The translations under genes were made by a program, and so were the position numbers. A model generated the notes under the pieces. The model ran no database searches, had not been told where the DNA came from, and saw only the letters and a list, made by a program, of their open reading frames with translations. From Candidatus Latescibacterota bacterium (lineage in GTDB: Bacteria > Latescibacterota > UBA2968 > GCA-2709665), in NCBI GenBank assembly GCA_965248435.1, contig OZ252100.1, positions 832,001 through 896,000 on the forward strand: a stretch of DNA of 64,000 nt, in the 5' to 3' direction. Shown in pieces: positions 29,543 to 36,900 of the stretch (position 1 is the stretch's first letter; each line of letters opens with the position of its first letter).

Positions 29543-30035
29543 TAGCTTTCCTGGTCTTACGACCGCGTTTTCTGATATCGCTTGCCGCCTTCTGCACAGC
29601 ATCCACGATCTTGGTGTAGCCGGTGCACCGGCACAGGTTCCCCGCCAGGGCCCGCCTGATCTCACCTTCGGTAAGTTTCGTGTTTCCGTTCAACAAGGCG
29701 AACGCTGAGACCACGATGCCAGGCGTGCAGAAGCCGCACTGCACACCGCCCAGCCCAACCATGGCCTTCTGGAGGGGATGAAGTTTTCCGTTTTCGGAAA
29801 CCCCCTCAACGGTCGTGATCTCACACCCGTCCGCCTCCACGCCGAGTACGAGGCACGAAGTCACGGGCTGCCCGTCCAGCAGGACTGTGCAGGCCCCGCA
29901 GTCGCCGGTGCTGCAGCCTTCCTTGGTCCCGGTGAGCTGAAGCTGATCCCGGAGGACGGCCAGCAGTGTCTTGCGGGGTTCCGTGGACAACTCATGTAAA
30001 ACCCCATTCACGGTCAGCTTGATCGGATGGTTCAC
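29526..30035 (-). CDS. Xanthine dehydrogenase family (2Fe-2S) small subunit
   Basis: GTKEGCSTGDCGACTV, QCGFCTPG, GNLCRCTGY; GTG start at 30035 overlaps the medium-subunit stop. Confidence 0.93.
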   Translation of the reverse strand: MNHPIKLTVNGVLHELSTEPRKTLLAVLRDQLQLTGTKEGCSTGDCGACTVLLDGQPVTSCLVLGVEADGCEITTVEGVSENGKLHPLQKAMVGLGGVQCGFCTPGIVVSAFALLNGNTKLTEGEIRRALAGNLCRCTGYTKIVDAVQKAASDIRKRGRKTRKANVDPA

Positions 30036-30928
30036 GCCGCTCGCCTCCTCGAGGCTGACCTCTGAAGGGTATCTTCGTGCGCCGCAGCCACCATTCTGCG
30101 GGTCAGCACGCGCACGAGCTCGCGCCGGAAACCGGCGGTGGCCCGTAGATCGCTGATCGGTCTGGCCTCCTCGCCCGCTACCTCGCCCGCTTTCTTTATC
30201 AGCTCGGGAGTCAGGATCTGTCCCCGGAGGATCGACTCCGCTTCCGCCGATCGCATTGGCGTCGGTGCCACGGCACCCAGGACGATGCGGATCTCTTCGC
30301 ACGCGCCGGTCCTCGGCTCGAGCGTAACCGCCGCACCCACGCCGACGACGGCGATGTCCATCGCTTCACGAATCGTGTGCCGCACGTAGGCCGAACCGGT
30401 CCGAAGCGGTGGAACCGGCACCTGGATCGCGGTCACGAACTCGCCCGGCTCCAGCGCATTTTGCCCCGGTCCGGTCATGAATCGCTCGACCGAAAGGGTT
30501 CGTCGTCCATCTGGACCCGCGATCCGGACCTTCGCACCGAGGGCGATGAGCCCCGGTGCCGTATCGGCCGACGGCGCCGCGTTACAGACGTTTCCAACGA
30601 CCGTGGCCAGGTTCCGAATCTGGAAAGAGCCTACGACCTCAGCCCCCTGCGCAAGCCCCGCATAAGACTCCCGGACCAGCGGTGTGAGCTCTACCTGCCG
30701 CATCGTGACCGCGGAACCGATCTTGAGTCCCGCCTTCGCGTCGAAGCTGAGCTCGTTTGAACCCTTGATCCGCTTGATGTCTACAACCGCATCGGGCCGC
30801 CAGACCCGATCCTTCATGCGGACCAGCATGTCCGTGCCCCCGGCCAGGACCCTTCCCTTCGGGTGGTCCTTCAGAACCTCTACGGCTTCCCGCACAGTGG
30901 CGGGCCGGAAGTATTCGAATGCCTGCAC
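30032..30928 (-). CDS. Xanthine dehydrogenase family FAD-binding medium subunit
   Basis: FEYFRP.T..EA, LAGGTD, QIRNLATVVGNVCNAAPSAD, GAVAPTP, ISDLRA...FR. Confidence 0.93.
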   Translation of the reverse strand: MQAFEYFRPATVREAVEVLKDHPKGRVLAGGTDMLVRMKDRVWRPDAVVDIKRIKGSNELSFDAKAGLKIGSAVTMRQVELTPLVRESYAGLAQGAEVVGSFQIRNLATVVGNVCNAAPSADTAPGLIALGAKVRIAGPDGRRTLSVERFMTGPGQNALEPGEFVTAIQVPVPPLRTGSAYVRHTIREAMDIAVVGVGAAVTLEPRTGACEEIRIVLGAVAPTPMRSAEAESILRGQILTPELIKKAGEVAGEEARPISDLRATAGFRRELVRVLTRRMVAAAHEDTLQRSASRRRAA

Positions 30929-30932
30929 TGCC

Positions 30933-33170
30933 CTACCTCTTTGGTTTCCGGCCGTTACCCGATCCGGCCTGGACGGCCGCGAGCACTCGCTCGGGTGTCA
31001 TCGGCATGTCCGTGACACGTATGCCCACGGCATCCTTGATGGCGTTGGCAACGGCCGCACCTCCCGGAATAATCGGAGGTTCCCCTGCCCCCTTGGCGCC
31101 GTAGGGCCCGTGCTCACACGGATCTTCCACGACCACTGTCCGAACGTTCGGTACATCGAGCGCCGTAGGAATGGCATAATCCAACAGGTTCGGGTTCAGC
31201 ACGTGTCCCTCCTCGTCGTGCCGATAGCCCTCCATCATCCCGAACCCGATCGATTGGACTGCACCGCCCTGCATCTGGCCCTCCAGCAGCATGGGATTGA
31301 GCGCCTTCCCGACGTCCTGGGCCACGACCAGATCGAGCAAACGAACCTGCCCCGTCTCCGGGTCCACCTCCACGACGGCGACTTCTACCGAATAGGCCGG
31401 ATATGTCGGGATGCTACCCACGATGGACCGGCCGCTGATCGGCCCCTCCGCGGAGTTGATCGTATCCGATGCGAGCTCCGCCACGCTCACAGCGTGCCCG
31501 GGTGAACCGACGACGCGCACGACTTCATCCACGATCTCAAGGTCCTCAACGGCGGCCTCCAGCCTGTCCGCGGCCTCCTTCAGCAGCCGATCCCGCGCCT
31601 CCAGGGCAGCTCGCCGTGCCGCCGTTCCGGCGGTGTAGGCCGCCTTGCTCCCTGCACTCAACGAGGTATAAGGAACAGAATCCGTGTCCGCCAGCCGCAC
31701 GCTCACCTTTTCGACCGGCAGGGCCAGTTCCTCAGCGACGATCTGGGCCATCACGGTGTGCAGGCCGGTAATGTCCACCTGGCCCGTCAGCACCTGCGCG
31801 GAACCGTCGCCCGCAAGCGTGACAAAGGCATTGGTCGCGCCCGATCCATTCTGCCAATTGCCGCACGCGATCCCGATCCCCTGGTTCCGCTTCAGACGAC
31901 GCTTCCCCCACCTGGCTGCTTCCGCGGCCTTCCGTATCGTCTCCCTCGCCCAGTCGTGGGCGAGCGGCGTCCCACTCGGCGCCCGATCTCCTTTGACCAA
32001 CGCGTTCTTCAGACGGATCTCCACCGGATCGATCCCGAGTTGAGCGGCCAATTCGTCCAGGTTCGACTCGCGGGGCACGGCGGTCTGGGGTGCGCACGGG
32101 GCCCGGTAGGCCCCCGGCCCCGGTTTGTTCGTGCGGACGCAGAACGACTCCAGCCTGATGTTCGGGAACCTGTACGGACCCAGGAGCCGGTCCGGGCCCC
32201 AACCGCCCCCGACGATCCCGCCATCCCAAACAATCCGACCCTCTACGGCCAGCAGCGTCCCGTCCTTCGCGGCGCCGGTCTTCAGACGGACCCAGCACCC
32301 CGGGGCGGGACGACTGTCCATAAAATCTTCGTCCCGGCTGATGGTCACCTTGACGGGGCAGCCCGTACGCAACGCCAGAAGCGCCGTGGGGGCCTCCACG
32401 ATCAGCCGGTTCTTGCCGCCAAATCCGCCGCCCATCTCAGTCATAATGACGCGTATCTGACCTTCCGGAATCTTCAGAATCTCGGCCAGGCCTTCCCGCT
32501 TCGAAAACGATCCCTGGCCCGCTGCCCAGACGGTCAGCCGCCCGTCAGGCTCAACCCGGGCCGTCGCGGAGTTCGGCTCCATGTAGGTCTGATTGAAAAA
32601 CGGAGCGCTGTAGACCGCCTCCACCACCGCTGCACAGTCCCTGAACGCCTTATCTGCATCTCCCTCGACCATCACCCGATGTGCCGTCACGTTCCGGTAG
32701 CGTCTCCCCCTGGAATCCCGGACATCTTCGGTCGGCGCACCCAGAACGGTTTCCGGTGCCTCCGGATCCATCGCGGCGACAGGGTCTACGTGCGCGGGCA
32801 GGACCCTGTAGTCCACCTTGATCAACTCCAGGGCGTCCTTCGCGATGTCCGGGTCTACGGCCGCAACCGCCGCGACCTTCTGGCCGTGGTAGCAGGCCTC
32901 GTCCCGCGCGAAGATTCCCGTCAGATCCGGAAAATCTCGTGCGGTGATCACAGCCAGGACGCCCGGCAGCGCGCGTGCCCGGGTCGTATCGATCTTCCGT
33001 ATTCGCGCGTGGCCGTGAGGGCTGCGCAGGATCCGGCCGTGGAGCATCCCCGGGAGCTGGACGTCGTCCGCATAGAGTGTCCGACCCGTCACGATATCCG
33101 GACCGTTAAGTCGCGCGGTGCGTTTCCCTACAGCCTTCAACTTTTCGGCCTGAGCCATTTCGGTCCTCAT
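30933..33170 (-). CDS. Xanthine dehydrogenase family molybdopterin-binding large subunit
   Basis: VTG...YADD, RSPHGHARI, MGGGFGGK, AYRAPCAPQ loop, SAGSK, EGQMQGG..Q.IG, and GAKGAGEPP (catalytic Glu). Confidence 0.93.
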   Translation of the reverse strand: MRTEMAQAEKLKAVGKRTARLNGPDIVTGRTLYADDVQLPGMLHGRILRSPHGHARIRKIDTTRARALPGVLAVITARDFPDLTGIFARDEACYHGQKVAAVAAVDPDIAKDALELIKVDYRVLPAHVDPVAAMDPEAPETVLGAPTEDVRDSRGRRYRNVTAHRVMVEGDADKAFRDCAAVVEAVYSAPFFNQTYMEPNSATARVEPDGRLTVWAAGQGSFSKREGLAEILKIPEGQIRVIMTEMGGGFGGKNRLIVEAPTALLALRTGCPVKVTISRDEDFMDSRPAPGCWVRLKTGAAKDGTLLAVEGRIVWDGGIVGGGWGPDRLLGPYRFPNIRLESFCVRTNKPGPGAYRAPCAPQTAVPRESNLDELAAQLGIDPVEIRLKNALVKGDRAPSGTPLAHDWARETIRKAAEAARWGKRRLKRNQGIGIACGNWQNGSGATNAFVTLAGDGSAQVLTGQVDITGLHTVMAQIVAEELALPVEKVSVRLADTDSVPYTSLSAGSKAAYTAGTAARRAALEARDRLLKEAADRLEAAVEDLEIVDEVVRVVGSPGHAVSVAELASDTINSAEGPISGRSIVGSIPTYPAYSVEVAVVEVDPETGQVRLLDLVVAQDVGKALNPMLLEGQMQGGAVQSIGFGMMEGYRHDEEGHVLNPNLLDYAIPTALDVPNVRTVVVEDPCEHGPYGAKGAGEPPIIPGGAAVANAIKDAVGIRVTDMPMTPERVLAAVQAGSGNGRKPKR

Positions 33171-33358
33171 GGACAGTGATTCTATCCCTTGCTAAAAAGC
33201 AACCCACCGAACCACATCACTTAGACTTGTATTAATAAGCAGATATCGGGACGGAGTCAACCCCATAGCGTGCTGCAAAAATGAAACAATACAAAAGGGG
33301 TTCGCGCGACCTTCTGAAGCTCAGTATTCGTATGCGTGCATCTTTTGGCGCTTTTCCT

Positions 33359-34279
33359 CTAACCCCCCAACTGAATGCCCAGCCTGACAAATCCACTGTT
33401 TTTGAGATCCAGAGAGCTGACCTCGTTATCTCCATCGAAGAATTCGAATCGGCGCAGGAGCGTGATGCCCCCGTGAATCGTCACGTGGAGCGTTTTGGAT
33501 AGGTGCAGCTTGACGGACGGTCCCGCGGTGCCAACGGAATACCTCATCTGGGGGTTCTGAACGAGGTATGTTGCCGGATCTCCGTGATACTGGTTCCCCT
33601 CTACCTTCGCCGCGAGCCCAAGTTCGACTTTCTGGCTGGGGAGGTACCAGAGTTCAGCGTGCACAGGAAGGAACAGATCCACTCTGGCATTCGAACCGTT
33701 CGTCCACATCAGCGTCAAAAGCGGAATCGGGAAGGCTTCACCATATTTGAAGGAATAGGCCGCTCCGAAGCCGAACGAAAGATGCTCGAATATGGCCGCG
33801 GAGGCGACGTTGAAATCGTCGTTTGAAATGTCGCCTTCGAAATCGGAATGAAGACCGGGCGTAACCACGGCTGTCAGGTTCCATTTTTCCGAGAGTCGAC
33901 GCACCAGGATAAGACCGTACTCGATCCCCTGTGCATTTTCTATCCTGTTTCCTCCCTGCAGATTATCCCAGTTGTTGTAACCCAGATCGAGACTACGATA
34001 GGAAATCTGGTTTACGAGAACGGTTCTGCCCTCGGAGAAGACAGCTGGTGCAGCGAATTCAAAGTGGAACGTTCCGACCTGGACCTCCAGATTCTGCTCG
34101 AAATTTCTCCGACCGTTGATCGGCTGGGTATCGGGATTCGCAAGCTTTGAGAATGGGAAGAAATCATAACTCACCGAAAAGGATGGTCCGGGCCCCGCGT
34201 GAGATCTGGATATGCCGGAAAGGGTGACGAATATTGGACACACAAAACACGCGACACAACTGATTACCCACTTTTTCAC
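33359..34279 (-). CDS. Putative outer-membrane beta-barrel protein (DUF6268-like)
   Basis: Signal peptide; LSEKW......PGL.SDF, FG.AY...YG...PIP....W, LFLP motifs; amphipathic strands. Confidence 0.6.
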   Translation of the reverse strand: MKKWVISCVACFVCPIFVTLSGISRSHAGPGPSFSVSYDFFPFSKLANPDTQPINGRRNFEQNLEVQVGTFHFEFAAPAVFSEGRTVLVNQISYRSLDLGYNNWDNLQGGNRIENAQGIEYGLILVRRLSEKWNLTAVVTPGLHSDFEGDISNDDFNVASAAIFEHLSFGFGAAYSFKYGEAFPIPLLTLMWTNGSNARVDLFLPVHAELWYLPSQKVELGLAAKVEGNQYHGDPATYLVQNPQMRYSVGTAGPSVKLHLSKTLHVTIHGGITLLRRFEFFDGDNEVSSLDLKNSGFVRLGIQLGG

Positions 34280-34399
34280 TGAATCTCCTTTTTGCCTTAG
34301 TATTTGTTCTTCTTAAGGTAAGGTCCGCGTGGGCGCCGGGTCAAGGAACTCCTGCCGCCGCCAAAACCCGAAATATTCGAGCTGCATTTGAACCGAGGG

Positions 34400-34449
34400 T
34401 TGACAAAACCAACAAATCAGGTATAATTGGATTAATCAGAATACTCTGA
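34400..34449 (+). promoter_or_regulatory. Consensus sigma70 promoter with a downstream inverted repeat (putative operator)
   Basis: TTGACA (34400-34405)-16 bp-TATAAT (34422-34427); TCAGA-ATAC-TCTGA at 34436-34449, overlapped and followed by the GAATATTC palindrome. Confidence 0.8.
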
Positions 34450-34479
34450 ATATTCTTACTTATCGTCAGGAGGAGTTTC

Positions 34480-34743
34480 GTGGCGAGAGAGAAGAAAGGT
34501 CAATTCGATGCCGGATGCTGCAGCTGCAAGGTAGAATCTGTCGTCAGCGTGGACGAGAGGGGCCAGATGGTCCTCCCGAAGGAAATCCGAGAAAAGTCCA
34601 ACATCAAGCCCGGCGACAAGCTGGCCCTGGTCAGCTGGGAAAGCAACGGAAGCGTCTGCTGCATTTCCCTAATCAAGGCTGATGAGCTCACCGGCATGGT
34701 GAAAAACCTCCTCGGCCCTCTGATGAAGGACGTTCTACAATGA
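34480..34743 (+). CDS. Cys-rich AbrB/MazE/SpoVT-fold DNA-binding protein (resembles the 'HgcAB-associated protein' family)
   Basis: [27 protein letters not shown] is an AbrB core; flanked by CCSC and CC; RBS AGGAGGAG. Confidence 0.82.
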   Translation: MAREKKGQFDAGCCSCKVESVVSVDERGQMVLPKEIREKSNIKPGDKLALVSWESNGSVCCISLIKADELTGMVKNLLGPLMKDVLQ

Positions 34744-34760
34744 TAGAAGGAGGCAACTCG

Positions 34761-35552
34761 ATGAAAACAGAAGCGATCAAAGAAATCGTCCGGAAGGGGT
34801 ATGGCAAGGTCGCGAGGGGCGGAGGCGGATGCTGCGGCGGCGACACTACGGAAGATCTCGCAAGATCGATCGGCTATTCGGATGAAGAGCTGAGTGCCGT
34901 CGCCGGGGACGCCAATCTAGGACTGGGCTGCGGAAATCCGACTGCTCTCGCCAGTCTGAAGGAAGGCGAAGTCGTCCTGGACCTCGGGTCGGGCGCCGGG
35001 TTCGACTGTTTCCTGGCTGCGCAGAAGGTGGGTCCTGCAGGCAGGGTGATCGGCGTCGACATGACGCCCGAGATGATCGAGAAGGCGGAGGCGAATGCCG
35101 CCAAGAGCGCCGCGGAGAACGTCGAGTTCAGACTCGGTGAGATCGAGAGCCTGCCGCTCGAGGACAATTCGGTCGACGTCGTCATCAGCAACTGCGTCAT
35201 CAATCTGTCGGCTGACAAGCAGGCCGTCTTCCGGGAAATCCATCGTGTATTGAAACCGGGCGGCCGCATCGCCATCTCAGACATCGCGCTGCTCGAGGAA
35301 CTCCCCGAAAAGATCAGACAGAGCATCGAGGCCTACGTGGGCTGTGTCGGCGGAGCGATCCTCGTCGATGAATACAGGGAAATCCTCCAGGCGGCCGGTC
35401 TCGGGGAGATCACCATCACCGTAAAGGGCGGCTCGTCCTGCATCGATGAGGATACGACCGACCCGATGGGCAGGGCGCTTCTGGAAAGCATCGATGACGT
35501 AGATGCGCTCGAGGGTTGTGTGGCCAATGTTTATGTAGAAGGACGCAAATAA
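34761..35552 (+). CDS. arsM: Arsenite S-adenosylmethionine methyltransferase
   Basis: [34 protein letters not shown] and YVGCVGGA carry the conserved ArsM cysteines; RBS AGGAGG before ATG 34761. Confidence 0.93.
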   Translation: MKTEAIKEIVRKGYGKVARGGGGCCGGDTTEDLARSIGYSDEELSAVAGDANLGLGCGNPTALASLKEGEVVLDLGSGAGFDCFLAAQKVGPAGRVIGVDMTPEMIEKAEANAAKSAAENVEFRLGEIESLPLEDNSVDVVISNCVINLSADKQAVFREIHRVLKPGGRIAISDIALLEELPEKIRQSIEAYVGCVGGAILVDEYREILQAAGLGEITITVKGGSSCIDEDTTDPMGRALLESIDDVDALEGCVANVYVEGRK

Positions 35553-35657
35553 CAGACGACCGCGGACCACCTAAAGGCAAACGACGGACGACGGACCGCA
35601 GACCGCGAGATAAATGGCCTTTGGAGTTTAGCGGTCCGTGGTCTGTGGTCCGCGGTC
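35553..35657. repeat. Inverted arrays of degenerate 7-mer tandem repeats
   Basis: Left arm ACGACGG ACGACGG ACCGCAG ACCGC; right arm GCGGTCC GTGGTCT GTGGTCC GCGGTC. Confidence 0.7.
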
Positions 35658-35698
35658 ATTCATAACTTCACTATGCACGATTTTAGGAGAGACAGACA

Positions 35699-36109
35699 AT
35701 GCCAGTACGTGTTTTTGGCTGCAACCATATCGTGATCGAGGTCGACGATGTCGAGAAGGCTGTCGAGTTCTACCAGGATGTCTTCAACCTGAAGCTGAAG
35801 GACGAGGGCGAAGGGGACGCCTTCTTCGAGCTCGGCAACCATCAGTTCCTGGCCATCTTCAAAGTGGATGAACTCCAGCCCGATCGCCATAGACACTTCG
35901 GCCTGATCGTGCGCGACGACGACCAGGTCACCGAAGTCCGAGAAAAGATCACCAAGAAGTACGGCCTCGAAACCCTGGGGTCATTCAGGTGCGATTTCCG
36001 CGACCCCTGGGGCAATCGGATCCAGGTCGTAGACATGCACGACGAATCCACTGCGTGGCTGCAGCCCTACGAGGAGGTGCAGAAAGTCGGGGCGAAGCTG
36101 CCGGACTGA
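35699..36109 (+). CDS. VOC (glyoxalase/bleomycin resistance) family protein
   Basis: NHIVIEVDDVEKAVEFYQDVF, HFGL, FRDPWGNRIQV; RBS AGGAG. Confidence 0.88.
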   Translation: MPVRVFGCNHIVIEVDDVEKAVEFYQDVFNLKLKDEGEGDAFFELGNHQFLAIFKVDELQPDRHRHFGLIVRDDDQVTEVREKITKKYGLETLGSFRCDFRDPWGNRIQVVDMHDESTAWLQPYEEVQKVGAKLPD

Positions 36110-36138
36110 CTCTCTGAATTTAATTGCAAGAAACCGCG

Positions 36139-36171
36139 AAGGGGATGCCCAAATACAGGGCATCCCCTTTT
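36139..36171 (+). terminator. Intrinsic terminator after the VOC gene
   Basis: AAGGGGATGCCC-N7-GGGCATCCCCTTTT. Confidence 0.7.
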
Positions 36172-36195
36172 CAGAACCGGCAATCATCTGGATTG

Positions 36196-36220
36196 GGGCG
36201 AATACAAGATTCGCCCCTAC
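36196..36220 (-). repeat. GTAG-type REP palindrome
   Basis: Minus strand GTAGGGGCGAATCTTGTATTCGCCC, 4 nt past the vapC stop. Confidence 0.72.
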
Positions 36221-36224
36221 GGTG

Positions 36225-36581
36225 CTACGCCGAAATCCTCATCCTCTGAGCTGCTCGCTTCAGCGGTCGATCGAGGGTCCAGAGATCGCACTCCGCGAGA
36301 AGGGCCGACGCGAGCAGGTGAAGATCCACCCAGCCGAGTCCATGACCGAACAGCCGGCGTGAATCCAGCAGGTGCAGGACCTCACTGTGCTCGGCGGGGT
36401 CGGCCTGAGGCAGCGCATCCAAAAGGCCGAGGACCTCCTCGCGATTCTTCAGGCGTCCGCAGGCCAGTTCTCCCACCACGAACGGATGGCACGCCGCGCC
36501 GTCTTCCTCCAGCAGGGATTTAAGCCGCTCGTTCTCCCGCCTGAAGTGGTCCACCCAGACAGAGGTGTCGACAAGCGTCAT
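36225..36581 (-). CDS. vapC: VapC PIN-domain toxin
   Basis: LVDTSVWVDHFR, HPFVVGELACG, GLGWVDLHLLAS, LWTLD. Confidence 0.92.
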   Translation of the reverse strand: MTLVDTSVWVDHFRRENERLKSLLEEDGAACHPFVVGELACGRLKNREEVLGLLDALPQADPAEHSEVLHLLDSRRLFGHGLGWVDLHLLASALLAECDLWTLDRPLKRAAQRMRISA

Positions 36582-36778
36582 CGCTTATGCGCCGCGCGCC
36601 TGCGGCGAACCGGACGCAGTCGCTTCTCTGTCCCGCCGAGCTCGGCCAGGCGCCGGGCGCTGACCCTCGAGATCAGCGCTTCCAGTCCCTGCCGAACCAG
36701 GCTGGTTTTCTGCTGGATACCGGTGAGCTCCGAGGCCCGGCGAAGCAGGTCATCGTCGATGTTGATCGTTGTCTTCAT
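36578..36778 (-). CDS. vapB: VapB antitoxin
   Basis: MKTTINIDDDLL..A..LTGI..KT.LV..GL ribbon-helix-helix; ATGA overlap with vapC. Confidence 0.9.
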   Translation of the reverse strand: MKTTINIDDDLLRRASELTGIQQKTSLVRQGLEALISRVSARRLAELGGTEKRLRPVRRRRAAHKR

Positions 36779-36786
36779 ATGGGTAA

Positions 36787-36814
36787 AATATACCTATTTA
36801 TATGTATAAATCAA
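36787..36814 (-). promoter_or_regulatory. Putative leaderless vapBC promoter with an autoregulatory palindrome
   Basis: TTGATT-16 bp-TATATT ending 8 nt before the ATG, no Shine-Dalgarno; TTTATA-TG-TATAAA palindrome at 36797-36810. Confidence 0.55.
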
Positions 36815-36850
36815 TGGGTATTTTGATCGCCCGTGCTACGATTCTGAACC

Positions 36851-36876
36851 GGGCAGGCGCGGAGGCCTGCCCCTAC
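36851..36876 (-). repeat. GTAG-type REP palindrome
   Basis: Minus strand GTAGGGGCAGGCCTCCGCGCCTGCCC, nearly identical to 2449-2474. Confidence 0.75.
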
Positions 36877-36900
36877 GGCTATTGTGAACGCTTTTACGAT

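Noticed and set aside
30933-33170. Aerobic CO dehydrogenase (coxL)
   Set aside because: Lacks the AYRCSFR motif, gene order is L-M-S, and there are no coxDEFG accessory genes.
31758-33179. Long plus-strand ORF (473 aa) and similar ORFs at 28127..29212, 59767..60858 and 4553..5428
   Set aside because: Antisense shadows of well-supported GC-rich genes, with no recognisable motifs or RBS.
35699-36109. ArsI C-As lyase next to arsM
   Set aside because: No vicinal Cys-Cys pair, and the usual C-terminal metal-binding Glu is Gln (NRIQV); kept as a generic VOC protein.
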